NCBI GenBank assembly: GCA_965243495.1
Contig: CBDEUZ010000007.1
Coordinates: forward strand, 30,817 to 94,816
Length of the DNA stretch: 64,000 bases
From: Dehalococcoidia bacterium
GTDB taxonomy: Bacteria; Chloroflexota; Dehalococcoidia; UBA6926
Reading direction: 5' to 3'
Below, in pieces: positions 1-9,816 of this stretch. The notes under the pieces are model-generated. The model was not told where the DNA came from and searched no databases. It saw only the letters and a program-made list of their open reading frames with translations. Position 1 is the first letter of the stretch. Each line of letters opens with the position of its first letter. The translations under genes and the position numbers were made by a program.

Positions 1-1254
1 CGCCGTCTGCCACGGGTAGGCGTCAAAGCTGCCAAGGAAGACCATCAGCTCCGCCGCGAATCCGCTCAACAACGGCAGGCCAAGGCTCGCGAGGCCGGCG
101 AAGACGAATACCGCGCCCACCACCGGCATCCGCCCTATCAGTCCGCCGAGATCCGGAATGTGGCGCGTGTGGGCGTTCTCGTAGATTATTCCGACGACAA
201 GGAAAAGCAGGCCGGTAATCGTGCCATGCGCGAACATCTGCAGCGCCGCGCCCGTCACGCTCACAGCACCAAGCGAGGCCACTCCCAATAACACCAGTCC
301 CATGTGACTCACGCTCGAATACGCGATAAGCCTCTTGAGGTCGGTTTGCCTGAATACCACTGCCGCGCCATAGAGGACGCTGATGACGGAGAGGATAACC
401 AACAGCGGCGCCCACTGCTCCATCTCGCCGGGGAACATACCGATGTTGATGCGGATCAGGCCGTAGCCGCCCATCTTTAGCAGGACTCCCGCAAGGAGCA
501 CGCTGACTGCGGTCGGCGCGTCCGTGTGCGCGTCCGGCAGCCACGTGTGGAGCGGCCAGACAGGGAGTTTGATGGCAAACGCAGCCATGAACATGAGGAA
601 GATGGCGTCCAGCCCGAGGAAAGCGACGTGGAGCGTGCCCTCCTGCCCTGCCAACGTCATCGCGCTCATGTCAAACGAGCCGATGGCGAATCGCAGCGCA
701 AGCACGCCCACCAACATGAATGCGCTCCCAAAGAGCGTGTAGAGAACGAATTTCATGGCGGAGTATTCGCGATGGCCGGTGCCCCACATCGCGATGAGGA
801 AATACATCGGCACTAGCTCCACCTCCCAGAACAGGAAGAAGAGAAGCAGGTCGCCCGCTACGAACACCCCCTGTACGCCGGTCAGCAGCAGCAACAGCCA
901 AACGTGGTATTCACGGACGCGCTCCTTGACGTGCCACGACCCGAGCACGGCCACGACGCCGAGCAGCGCAGTCAGGAAAACGAGCGGCATCGAGAGGCCG
1001 TCGATGCTCAGCAAATAAGAGGCGTTGACGCCGGGAATCCACGGGTCTGACCCATATTGGCCAAGCTGTTCGATGATCGGGCCATTGGCGTTGTAGGAGA
1101 GCCAGGCGTAGGTTGCGAGAATCAGATCGAGAATCATCGCCCCGAGCGCGATGCGCCGTACCAGCATCTGCTCGCGACCGGCTATGGCGACTGCCGCCGC
1201 GCCGATAACCGGCAGGAAGACGATAAGTGTTATGAGGCCGTCGAAGGCTTGCAT
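1..1254 (-). CDS. nuoM: NADH-quinone oxidoreductase subunit M (3' end runs off the window)
   Basis: Manual translation from ATG at 1254: MQAFDGLITLIVFLPVIG...FFLFWEVELVPMYFLIAMWG...AIKLPVWPLHTWLPDAHTDAPTAVSVLLAGVLLKMGGYG; directly follows nuoL. Confidence 0.95.
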   Translation of the reverse strand, partial: MQAFDGLITLIVFLPVIGAAAVAIAGREQMLVRRIALGAMILDLILATYAWLSYNANGPIIEQLGQYGSDPWIPGVNASYLLSIDGLSMPLVFLTALLGVVAVLGSWHVKERVREYHVWLLLLLTGVQGVFVAGDLLLFFLFWEVELVPMYFLIAMWGTGHREYSAMKFVLYTLFGSAFMLVGVLALRFAIGSFDMSAMTLAGQEGTLHVAFLGLDAIFLMFMAAFAIKLPVWPLHTWLPDAHTDAPTAVSVLLAGVLLKMGGYGLIRINIGMFPGEMEQWAPLLVILSVISVLYGAAVVFRQTDLKRLIAYSSVSHMGLVLLGVASLGAVSVTGAALQMFAHGTITGLLFLVVGIIYENAHTRHIPDLGGLIGRMPVVGAVFVFAGLASLGLPLLSGFAAELMVFLGSFDAYPWQTA

Positions 1255-1257
1255 GTC

Positions 1258-3234
1258 CTAGCCCACGCCTCCCCATACGATGTACGCAGCAACGATGATT
1301 ACCGCGCCGATGGACAGCACCGTGATGGACATCTGCAGCTGGCCGTTCTCAACCACGCGGATGCCCTTGCCCACGTTGCGCCCGAAGAGGCCAAGCGTGT
1401 TGACTGCTCTGTCGACCACTCCCTTGTCGCTGTCGAACCACGCGAGGAATCGCCACATCCAGCCATACAGCACTCTGCCCACAAACAGATTCTCGTACAG
1501 CTCGTCCATGTAGTACTTGCGGGTGAGCAGGTTTGTGATGGGAGCGAGCGGGCCGCTTACGGACGGGGCGCTCGTCGCGCCACGGCGGTAGAGAACCGTT
1601 GCCACGCCGATACCGAGCAGCCCGGCAACGAGTCCGATAGCCGCAGGAACAACCTGGATTTCTTCGACGTGCGCGCCGAGCGGTTTCAGCAGATCGGTGA
1701 ACCAGTGCGTTACAGGGAAGTTGATGAACCAGGAGCCGATTGCCAGCACGGCGAGAATCGCCATTGGAACCACCATGACCCACGGCGACTCATGCGGCGT
1801 TGATCCATGACCCTCGTCGTGGGTCTCGTGGGCATCGGCTGTATCGTGCGTCTCCTGCGCCTCGCCTCCTCGGTACTGACCATGGAACGTCATGAACAGC
1901 GCGCGGAAGATGTAGGCGGCGGTCATGAACGCGCCGACAAGAGCGAGCAGGAAGAGAATTGTGCCCAGCGCGCCGCCGTATGACCACGCAACGCCGAGTA
2001 TCTCGTCCTTGCTCCAGAAGCCGGAGAACGGCGGGATGCCCGCAAGGCTCAGCGCGCCGATGAGAAAGACACCGTAGGTCCAGGGCATGACGCGGCGCAG
2101 CCCACCCATCAGCCGCATGTCAAACGTGCCGGTGGCGTGGTTGACGGATCCGGAGCCGAGGAACAGCAGCGCCTTGAAGAAGGCGTGGTTGAACAGGTGG
2201 AACAATGCGGGGCCGAGCGCGCCCAAGCCGAGGGCGAGGAACATATAGCCCAGTTGACTCACGGTGGAATAGGCAAGTACACGCTTGATGTCGTTCATGA
2301 CAAGGCCCATCGAGGCCGCAAAGACGACGGTGAATCCGCCGATGAGCGCAACGATGGTTCGCGCGGTTTCCGCCTCTTCGAACAGCGGCAGGAACCGCGC
2401 CACAAGGAAGACGCCTGCGGCGACCATCGTGGCGGCGTGGATGAGCGCGCTGACGGGCGTTGGGCCTTCCATCGCGTCCGGCAGCCACGTGTGCAGCGGG
2501 AACTGGGCGCTCTTGCCCGCCGCTCCCGCCATGATCCCAAGACAGATAAGTGTCAGCCCCGTTCCTGTCAATGCCGCACCGCCCGCGCTGAGCAGGTCCA
2601 CGGATGCGTTCGGGTCGCTGAGGGCGAACGTGACAGGCGTGTCGTCAGGCCACGACAGGAAGATGCCCAGGATGGCGAGCAGGAAGAAGAGATCACCGAA
2701 TCGGGTGATGATAAATGCCTTCTTGGCGGCTGCTGCCGCGGTGGGTCGTGTGAACCAGAAGCCGATCAACAGGTATGAACACAAGCCGACAAGCTCCCAT
2801 CCGACGAATAGCAGGATTAGGTTGTTGGCCAGCACCAGCGTCAGCATCGCTGCAGTGAACAGGGCCATGAAGGTGTAATAGCGAACGTAGCTTGCGTCAT
2901 CCCGCATGTAGCCGTGTGAGTAGATCTGCACAAGCAGGCTCACGGACGTGACGACAACCAACATGATGGCAGTCAGGCCGTCGAGGAGTAGTCCTATCCG
3001 AAGCGAAAACTCATCAACACGGATAATCTCGTGCAGAGGCAGGACGGCCTCCTGGTCTGTCCAGACGGCGGACAGCGCCCAGAGCGAAAGAATGAACGAT
3101 ATGGCAATAGAGCCGGCGGTCGCGTCGAAGGCCACCCGCGACACCGGGCCGAACAGAGGACGGATAACCAGGCCGTTGAAAACGGCCGCCGCGAGCGGCG
3201 CGCCAATGATCAGCCAGACTAGTATTTCTGGCAT
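1258..3234 (-). CDS. nuoL: NADH-quinone oxidoreductase subunit L
   Basis: GKSAQFPLHTWLPDAMEGPTPVSALIHAATMVAAG and HLFNHAFFKALLFL motifs; 658 aa hydrophobic. Confidence 0.97.
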   Translation of the reverse strand: MPEILVWLIIGAPLAAAVFNGLVIRPLFGPVSRVAFDATAGSIAISFILSLWALSAVWTDQEAVLPLHEIIRVDEFSLRIGLLLDGLTAIMLVVVTSVSLLVQIYSHGYMRDDASYVRYYTFMALFTAAMLTLVLANNLILLFVGWELVGLCSYLLIGFWFTRPTAAAAAKKAFIITRFGDLFFLLAILGIFLSWPDDTPVTFALSDPNASVDLLSAGGAALTGTGLTLICLGIMAGAAGKSAQFPLHTWLPDAMEGPTPVSALIHAATMVAAGVFLVARFLPLFEEAETARTIVALIGGFTVVFAASMGLVMNDIKRVLAYSTVSQLGYMFLALGLGALGPALFHLFNHAFFKALLFLGSGSVNHATGTFDMRLMGGLRRVMPWTYGVFLIGALSLAGIPPFSGFWSKDEILGVAWSYGGALGTILFLLALVGAFMTAAYIFRALFMTFHGQYRGGEAQETHDTADAHETHDEGHGSTPHESPWVMVVPMAILAVLAIGSWFINFPVTHWFTDLLKPLGAHVEEIQVVPAAIGLVAGLLGIGVATVLYRRGATSAPSVSGPLAPITNLLTRKYYMDELYENLFVGRVLYGWMWRFLAWFDSDKGVVDRAVNTLGLFGRNVGKGIRVVENGQLQMSITVLSIGAVIIVAAYIVWGGVG

Positions 3235-3300
3235 TTTTTAGACTTGGCCCTCTCGCAATAGTTTCATTGTTCGGTGGTGAAGATTCCGTTGCGTGTTGAA

Positions 3301-3507
3301 CTAGACTTTGCGCTCGATCTCTTCGGCAACGTGTTCGCGGGCGCGGGGGATGCAGACCTTGAACTCAGCAAACTCATCGCCCCACTGCTCTACGCGGTCG
3401 GGCATGATGCGCGTGGGGAGGCCCTCACCCTCGTAAAGGGTCTTCCACATCTCCGCGGCTTTCAGGCCCTTCACGCGTTTGAATTCAACCCACATTTTTT
3501 GTTCCAC
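3301..3507 (-). CDS. Small soluble protein, DUF2007/putative signal-transducing-like, inside the nuo operon
   Basis: 68 aa, co-oriented between nuoK and nuoL; AEMWKTLYEGEGLP..I pattern resembles DUF2007 (A.++...L...GI...+). Confidence 0.6.
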   Translation of the reverse strand: MEQKMWVEFKRVKGLKAAEMWKTLYEGEGLPTRIMPDRVEQWGDEFAEFKVCIPRAREHVAEEIERKV

Positions 3508-3519
3508 CCAATCTACCTG

Positions 3520-3542
3520 GCATTCCCGCGAAAACGGGAGTC
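3520..3542. repeat. REP/dRS3-like palindrome
   Basis: gcattcccgcgaaaacgggagtc; a related copy lies at 56879-56903. Confidence 0.5.
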
Positions 3543-3569
3543 TTAATCTTCATTTGCTTCCCTATTCCG

Positions 3570-3881
3570 TCACTTCAGGAGATTGATCTCGGCAGCGTCC
3601 ACCGTGTTGCGCCGCGCGAAAATCGTCAGCAGGATGGCAAGGCCTATTGCGACCTCCGCCGCCGCAACGGTGATGATGAAGATGGCGAAGATATGGCCTG
3701 CAAGCTCATCCACCGGGGAGTAGCGAGAGAAGGCGACGAGCGCGACGTTGACGCCGTTCAACATCAGCTCGATGGCCATGAGAATCACAACGACGTTGCG
3801 CTTGGCAAGGACGCCAATCAGTCCGACCGCAAAAAGTCCAGCGGAAAGCAGGAGATAGTGTTCGAGCGCGAGCGTGTCCAT
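3570..3881 (-). CDS. nuoK: NADH-quinone oxidoreductase subunit K
   Basis: RNVVVILMAIELMLNGVN and VAAAEVAIGLA motifs. Confidence 0.97.
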   Translation of the reverse strand: MDTLALEHYLLLSAGLFAVGLIGVLAKRNVVVILMAIELMLNGVNVALVAFSRYSPVDELAGHIFAIFIITVAAAEVAIGLAILLTIFARRNTVDAAEINLLK

Positions 3882-3893
3882 TCCCTGCCCGCC

Positions 3894-4397
3894 TCACCGC
3901 TCCCGCGCAATCACGAGCGCGCCAATCGTCGCCACAAGCAATAGAAGTCCCGCCAGCTCGAACGGCAGGAGATAGGTGCTGAACAAGAGATCCGGCAGGT
4001 GGATGCCGGCCGAGGAGGCGTCGCCGACCATCGGAGAGATCGTTTCGCCCCTGCTCTCGCTGCGCCATTCCGTGTTGATCATGACGTAGGCCAGCCCGGC
4101 CAGCGTTGCGGCTCCGGTCAGCAGTCCAAGCGGCCACAGCCGATGAGAACTGCTGGCGCGGTTGATCTGCGCCGTCATCATCACCGCGAAGACGATGAGC
4201 ACGGCAATGCCGCCGACGTAGATGAGGAACTGCGCGAGCGCGAGAAAGTCGGCGTCAAGCGTGACGTAGATGCCCGCGACGGCGGCGAGGCTGACAAGCA
4301 GGCCGAGCGCGGCATAGAAGAGGTTGCGCGCAGTCACTACTGCGAGCGCGCCGATCATGGCGGCAGTGGCGAGAAAGAAGAATGCTAGAGTGACCAA
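3894..4397 (-). CDS. nuoJ: NADH-quinone oxidoreductase subunit J
   Basis: AQFLIYVGGIAVLIVFAVMM and YLLPFELAGLLLLVATIGA motifs. Confidence 0.96.
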   Translation of the reverse strand: MVTLAFFFLATAAMIGALAVVTARNLFYAALGLLVSLAAVAGIYVTLDADFLALAQFLIYVGGIAVLIVFAVMMTAQINRASSSHRLWPLGLLTGAATLAGLAYVMINTEWRSESRGETISPMVGDASSAGIHLPDLLFSTYLLPFELAGLLLLVATIGALVIARER

Positions 4398-4891
4398 CGC
4401 CCCGCCTCATGCTCCTCAAGCTCATCCTTGCCATCGTGGCCGATCATCTCCATCTGCGGGCGGAACTGCGTGCGCGGCTTCTTTGGCATCGCCTTGAGGT
4501 CCTCGACACTGATAACCATGTCTTCGCGACCGTATGACGCCTGCTCGAAGTCGCCGCCCATGTGCAGGGCGTCGTAGGGGCAGACCTCCACACAGAGCGC
4601 GCAGAACATGCAGCGGCCCGTGTCGATATCGAAGACGTCAACGTGGTAGTCGCTGCCAACCTGCGAATGCGGTTCCGGATGCGTGACGATGCGGATGATG
4701 CCCAGGGGGCAACCCTTGGCGCATGTGGCGCAGCCGGTGCAGCGTTCCTCGTACCAGACGAAGGTATTGCCGCGGAATCGCGGCGACTGCTCCAGCTTGT
4801 CCTCCGGGTACTGGGTGGTAAAAGGCTTGCGGCGGATGTAGCCGAGCGTCACCATCAGCCCCTTGATCGCTCCCGTACCGAATAGAGCCAT
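4385..4891 (-). CDS. nuoI: NADH-quinone oxidoreductase subunit I (2x[4Fe-4S])
   Basis: CTGCATCAKGCP and CMFCALCVEVCP ferredoxin motifs; TTQYPE. Confidence 0.96.
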   Translation of the reverse strand: MALFGTGAIKGLMVTLGYIRRKPFTTQYPEDKLEQSPRFRGNTFVWYEERCTGCATCAKGCPLGIIRIVTHPEPHSQVGSDYHVDVFDIDTGRCMFCALCVEVCPYDALHMGGDFEQASYGREDMVISVEDLKAMPKKPRTQFRPQMEMIGHDGKDELEEHEAGRWSL

Positions 4892-4900
4892 AACCGCCTC

Positions 4901-6064
4901 CTACGCCCTCGCCTCGGCGGGGGTCGCCATCTGTTGATCGAATTTCGCAAGGCCAGGCACGCGCCCCAGCAGCGCCAGCGTCACGACAGTCAGGCCGATG
5001 TTGATAACGGCGATGACGGCCAGCGCGGCGGTCGGTAGCGCCTCGCCCGGTTCCAGTGAGAACAGCGCCTGCATCGCCAGAACTTCACCCGCTGTGACCA
5101 GGATGTTGACCGTCGCGAGCGGGAAGAGCACCTTCCACGCCAACGCAAGCATCTGGTCGATGCGCACGCGCGGCCACGTGCCGCGGAACCAGAAGAAGAG
5201 GAAAACGATGGCGGACGTCTTGAGTCCAAACCAGATGACGCCACCGAGGTCGGGCTTCCAGCCAGCAAAGAACAGAGTGACGATGACGGCGGACCAGCCG
5301 AGCGCGGCGACGTATTCAGCACCATAGATGAGCGCGAACTTGGTGCCCGTATATTCCGTGTGGAATCCCGCCACGATCTCCGACTCGGCCTCATTGATGT
5401 CAAACGGCGTGCGATTCAGTTCCGCCGTGACGGCTATAAGCATGATGAGGAACCCGAGCGGCTGGACGAGCACAAACGGGATGCCCTGGGCCTCGACAAT
5501 CTCCTGCAGGTTCAAGGAACCGGCCAGCACAACGACGGACGTGACGGCAAGGATCAGCGGCACTTCATAGCTGACCAGCTGCGCCACTCCGCGCACCGCG
5601 CCGTAGAGCGAGTACTTGTTGTTGGATGCCCACCCTGCGGCGAACGCGGCCAGTGACGAGATGGACGTGACAGCGATGACATAGACAATTCCCGCGTCGA
5701 GGTCGGCGACCGTCCAGCCATCGAAAAACGGCACGACTGCAAAGAGGGCGATAGCAGGGGCAAAGAAGAGGATGGGGGCAATAAGAAAGACGAGGCGATC
5801 CGCGGAACGTGGCGTCAGGTCTTCCTTGAGCACCAGCTTCATGAGGTCGGCCACGCCTTGCAGCAGGCCGAACGGACCGACGCGGTTGGGGCCGATGCGA
5901 TTCTGCATCCGAGCGACGATACGCCGCTCGGCGTAGGTCAGCATGACGGCGCTGCCAAGCAGGACATTCACGACGATGAAGAGGCCAAGCAGCGGCATCA
6001 GTATGTCGACCAGATCGGTCGACAAGTAATTCTCGAGGGTCTCGCGGGTGAGCTCGGCAATCAT
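4901..6064 (-). CDS. nuoH: NADH-quinone oxidoreductase subunit H
   Basis: ERRIVARMQNRIGPNRVGPFGLLQGVADLMKL and AELNRTPFD..EAESEIVAGFHTEY motifs. Confidence 0.97.
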   Translation of the reverse strand: MIAELTRETLENYLSTDLVDILMPLLGLFIVVNVLLGSAVMLTYAERRIVARMQNRIGPNRVGPFGLLQGVADLMKLVLKEDLTPRSADRLVFLIAPILFFAPAIALFAVVPFFDGWTVADLDAGIVYVIAVTSISSLAAFAAGWASNNKYSLYGAVRGVAQLVSYEVPLILAVTSVVVLAGSLNLQEIVEAQGIPFVLVQPLGFLIMLIAVTAELNRTPFDINEAESEIVAGFHTEYTGTKFALIYGAEYVAALGWSAVIVTLFFAGWKPDLGGVIWFGLKTSAIVFLFFWFRGTWPRVRIDQMLALAWKVLFPLATVNILVTAGEVLAMQALFSLEPGEALPTAALAVIAVINIGLTVVTLALLGRVPGLAKFDQQMATPAEARA

Positions 6065-7200
6065 CGGTCAACCTCGCCCACGTTGATGTCGAGCGTGCCG
6101 AAATTGACAATGAGGTCGGCGAGTTTCCAGCCGATGCAGAGTTCACGCAGGACGGTGAGGTTGATGAAGGACGGGGCGCGGATTCCGCAGCGGTACGGGG
6201 CAATGGTGCCATCGCTGACGAGGTAGAAGCCAAGCTCGCCCTTGGTGGCCTCGATGGCGCTGTAGACCTCGCCAACGGGCGGACGGATGAAGAAGTCCGC
6301 CTCAGTGCGCGTGATGCCCTCAGGCAGGTCAGCCATGCACTGCCGCACCATCTTCGCGGACTCTTTCATCTCCTGCAGTCGCACCCACATGCGATCCCAG
6401 TTGTCGCCGTTCTGCGTCACGGGCACATCAAAGTTCATGCGGTCGTAGACCTCATACGGGTCCTGCTTGCGAAGGTCGAAATTGACGCCGGAAGCCCGGA
6501 GATTGGGGCCGGTAACGGAGCATTCAATGGCGCGCTCGCCGGTCAGCGGGGCGATGCCCTTCATGCGGGAAACGAGAATCTCATTCTCCAGCAGCAGCTT
6601 CTCGTATTCCGCCACGCGCTCCTCGAAATCATCGAGGAAACCGTTGACGGCGGCGTCGAATCCGGGCGGCAGGTCATGGGAGACGCCGCCGATGCGCATA
6701 TAGCTGAACGTGATGCGTGCGCCGCAGATCATCTCAAAGAGATCGAGCACCTTTTCGCGCTCGCGGAACATGTGCATGAGCGGCGTGACCCACGCGCCGA
6801 GGTCGTTGATGAGGAAGCCCATCGCCATGAGATGGCTGGCAATCCTCATCAGTTCTGCGGTCATCACACGGAGATACTGAGCGCGCTCCGGCACTTCCAC
6901 GCCTGCCAATGCCTCCACGGCACGGACATAGGCCAGGTTGTTGGTCATGCCGGAGAGGTAATCGAGGCGATCCGTCAGGGTAATGACCTGAGTGTAGCTG
7001 CGCTCCTCTGCCAGCTTGGAACTGCCTCGGTGCAGGTAGCCGAACACCGGCTCGACGTCCACGACTTCCTCGCCGTCCAGCAGCGTCCGGATGCGGAACA
7101 CGCCGTGCGTGGACGGGTGCTGCGGCCCGAGATTGAGCAGTACCGGCTCGATGTTGTAGTCGGGCGAGTCTGCCGTGTTGGGTTGTTGTGGCGACTGCAT
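6061..7200 (-). CDS. nuoD: NADH-quinone oxidoreductase subunit D
   Basis: NLGPQHPSTHGV, GYLHRG, DRLDY and C-terminal GEVDR motifs. Confidence 0.97.
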   Translation of the reverse strand: MQSPQQPNTADSPDYNIEPVLLNLGPQHPSTHGVFRIRTLLDGEEVVDVEPVFGYLHRGSSKLAEERSYTQVITLTDRLDYLSGMTNNLAYVRAVEALAGVEVPERAQYLRVMTAELMRIASHLMAMGFLINDLGAWVTPLMHMFREREKVLDLFEMICGARITFSYMRIGGVSHDLPPGFDAAVNGFLDDFEERVAEYEKLLLENEILVSRMKGIAPLTGERAIECSVTGPNLRASGVNFDLRKQDPYEVYDRMNFDVPVTQNGDNWDRMWVRLQEMKESAKMVRQCMADLPEGITRTEADFFIRPPVGEVYSAIEATKGELGFYLVSDGTIAPYRCGIRAPSFINLTVLRELCIGWKLADLIVNFGTLDINVGEVDR

Positions 7201-7207
7201 GGGGGAC

Positions 7208-7648
7208 CTACGCAAAATCCTTGCGGAGGGGGTGGCCGGGGAAGCCCTCCCACAGCAGAATCCGCTTCATATTCGGATGGCCGTCAAATTCGATGCCGAA
7301 CAGATCATAAATCTCGCGCTCCTGGAGGTTTGCGCCTTCCCAAACCGGAGTCACGGAGGGAACACTGAGCTCGTCCCTGCCCCACACGCGCACTTTGAGC
7401 GTTGCTTCCTGATTGCGGCGGATAGAGAGCAAGCCGTAGCGCAACTCAAAGCGGTCGATGAAATCCACGGCATCGATGGAGCGGAGCATCCGGAAATCGG
7501 TCTCGTTGTCGTCGCGGAGAAGGCGGCAGACATCGGCAATGGACTCAGGAGAGACGACGACCCACTCCTCGCGCTCCTCTTCAACTGCGTCCGGCAGCGC
7601 GGCGCGGAGTTTCTCGGCGATGTCGTGACCTGAAAGGGTGGTTGTCAT
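7208..7648 (-). CDS. nuoC: NADH-quinone oxidoreductase subunit C
   Basis: EREIYDLFGIEFDGHPNMKRILLWEGFPGHPLRKDF motif. Confidence 0.97.
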   Translation of the reverse strand: MTTTLSGHDIAEKLRAALPDAVEEEREEWVVVSPESIADVCRLLRDDNETDFRMLRSIDAVDFIDRFELRYGLLSIRRNQEATLKVRVWGRDELSVPSVTPVWEGANLQEREIYDLFGIEFDGHPNMKRILLWEGFPGHPLRKDFA

Positions 7649-7654
7649 GCGGCC

Positions 7655-8311
7655 TCAGGAGATGAGTTTTCTCAGGCGCGGTTCTCGCTCGCGCACGAGG
7701 GAGTCGCGCTTTATCTTTTCCTGGAGTTTGAGCAGGCCGTGGAGCAGCGCGTCGGGCCGTGGCGGGCAGCCGGGCACATAGACGTCAACGGGAACGAGCC
7801 GGTTGACGCCCGGGACGACGCTGTAGCCCTGGTAGTAGGGGCCCCCACTGGTCGCGCAAACACCCATTGAGATAACCCACTTGGGATTCGGCATCTGCTC
7901 ATAGATGCGACGGACAACCGGCGCCATCTTCCACGTGACAGTGCCCGAAACAATCATCAGATCGGCCTGCCGTGGCGATGCCCGAAAGATCTCCATGCCG
8001 AATCGCGCTTGGTCGAATCGCGGCATCACGGCGGCAATCATCTCAAAGGCGCAGCAGGCGAGGCCGAGCGTGACCGGCCATACGGAGTTGGAACGTCCCC
8101 AGTCCAGCAGTGCATCTAGAGACGTGACAAGGACAGAGCGCTTTAGCTCCTCCGTGACCTCAATCGGTTCATCGACGTGCTGCTCCGTCGCAAGGGCGCG
8201 CAGCCGCTCAATAACCTCCCCTTCTTCGTTGTCCAACTGGTTTGTCGTGACGGTAAGGGGGATGCCATAGGGCGACGGCAACTGCTCAGGGCCGGGCGGC
8301 GTGGGGGTCAT
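7655..8311 (-). CDS. nuoB: NADH-quinone oxidoreductase subunit B
   Basis: [17 protein letters not shown] and [10 protein letters not shown] motifs; ATGA overlap with the nuoA stop. Confidence 0.97.
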   Translation of the reverse strand: MTPTPPGPEQLPSPYGIPLTVTTNQLDNEEGEVIERLRALATEQHVDEPIEVTEELKRSVLVTSLDALLDWGRSNSVWPVTLGLACCAFEMIAAVMPRFDQARFGMEIFRASPRQADLMIVSGTVTWKMAPVVRRIYEQMPNPKWVISMGVCATSGGPYYQGYSVVPGVNRLVPVDVYVPGCPPRPDALLHGLLKLQEKIKRDSLVREREPRLRKLIS

Positions 8312-8700
8312 TTCTGCCACTCAAGCGCCTCCTTTTTCCATTCATAGAGGAATCCTACAAGCACAAGTATGAGGAATATCGCCATGCCGATGAACGCCAC
8401 CCAACCCAGTGAGAGGAATCGCGCCGCCCATGGCAGGAGAAAAATCACTTCCACGTCAAAGATGACGAATAGCAGGGCAAACAAATAGAAGCGGAAGTTG
8501 AATTGGACGTTCGCCTCGCCTGTCGGGACCATGCCGGACTCATACGTCATGCGCATGAATCGTGGCTCCTGGTCGGCGGGTGTGGACGGACGGATGCGGA
8601 TGCGCTGAAGCATCCCGGAGAAAATCATGAGGCTCAGGGGAACGAGAACGGCGGCGACACCCATAGCCGCGATAATCCAATACTTGCCACTCTCAACCAC
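8308..8700 (-). CDS. nuoA: NADH-quinone oxidoreductase subunit A
   Basis: YESG and [22 protein letters not shown] motifs. Confidence 0.96.
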   Translation of the reverse strand: MVESGKYWIIAAMGVAAVLVPLSLMIFSGMLQRIRIRPSTPADQEPRFMRMTYESGMVPTGEANVQFNFRFYLFALLFVIFDVEVIFLLPWAARFLSLGWVAFIGMAIFLILVLVGFLYEWKKEALEWQK

Positions 8701-8814
8701 TGTCGAGGCTCCCCTAGGCAGGTTGGGTTCCGCTTGCCAACATAGCTCACTCTATGGAGCGGCGCGCGTACATGTCAAATGGCGCACGCCAACCTGTTGC
8801 CGTAACCTTTAGCT

Positions 8815-9810
8815 ATGTCCACGTCAGTCGATCCGCTGCTGAGCGTTGAGAATCTGCACACGTCCTTTTTCACCCAGGACGGCACCGTCAAGGCCGTCCA
8901 GGAGACGAGCTTTGCTGTCCGCCGGGGTGAGATTCTCGGCATCGTCGGCGAGAGCGGCTGCGGCAAGACGACGGCCGGCCTCTCGGTGATGGGACTCGTG
9001 CCCTACCCCGGCCGCGTGGTGGACGGGCGCATCAATTTCCGGGGAGCCGACCTCGATGAGATGGACGAGGATGAGCGTCGCATCCTCCGGGGCGAGGCGA
9101 TGGCCATGATCTTCCAGGACCCGCAGGCCGCGCTAAATCCACTCATCACCATCGGCGACCAAATCGCGGAGATCTTCAACGCTCACGGGCGCATTGACGC
9201 CGACGAGGTGCGTGAGGAGACGCTGGTTGCCCTCGCTTCGCTTGGCTTGCCGGACCCCGAGTACGTGATGCAGAGCTATCCATGGGAGATGAGCGGAGGC
9301 ATGTGCCAGCGAGTGATGCTGGCCATGATGTTGGTGCTCGAACCGGAACTGCTCATCGCCGATGAGCCGACTTCGGCGTTGGACGTAACGCTGCAGGCCG
9401 AGATTCTCGAACGCATCATGGGGCTGGCTAAGGAGTCCGGCACAGCGGTTATCCTTATCACTCACGATATGGGAGTCATCGCTCGGGCTGCGGACAAGGT
9501 ACTCGTGATGTATGGCGGGCGCATCGTGGAATCGGCGGACACCGTAACACTCTTCCACAACCCCAAGCATCCCTATACGTCCGCCCTATTGAACGCCATG
9601 CCGCGGCTGGACAGGGAAACCAGGCCGTTGCGGGGCGTGCCCGGCGCGCCGCCGGACCTTCTCGATCCTCCGGACGAGTGCCCGTTCCTGCCCCGCTGCA
9701 ACAAGGCAACAGTCGTCTGCCGTACTAACCCAATGCCGCCGCTAGTGACAATCGATGAGGGGCACACCCTCGCCTGCTACAACCCCATCACAGAGCCGCG
9801 GGTTAGCTGA
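8815..9810 (+). CDS. Oligopeptide/dipeptide ABC transporter ATP-binding subunit (OppD/DppD type)
   Basis: Walker A GESGCGKT, MSGGMCQR signature, IADEPT, HPYT, Cys-rich C-terminus. Confidence 0.93.
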   Translation: MSTSVDPLLSVENLHTSFFTQDGTVKAVQETSFAVRRGEILGIVGESGCGKTTAGLSVMGLVPYPGRVVDGRINFRGADLDEMDEDERRILRGEAMAMIFQDPQAALNPLITIGDQIAEIFNAHGRIDADEVREETLVALASLGLPDPEYVMQSYPWEMSGGMCQRVMLAMMLVLEPELLIADEPTSALDVTLQAEILERIMGLAKESGTAVILITHDMGVIARAADKVLVMYGGRIVESADTVTLFHNPKHPYTSALLNAMPRLDRETRPLRGVPGAPPDLLDPPDECPFLPRCNKATVVCRTNPMPPLVTIDEGHTLACYNPITEPRVS

Positions 9811-9816
9811 CGCGGT

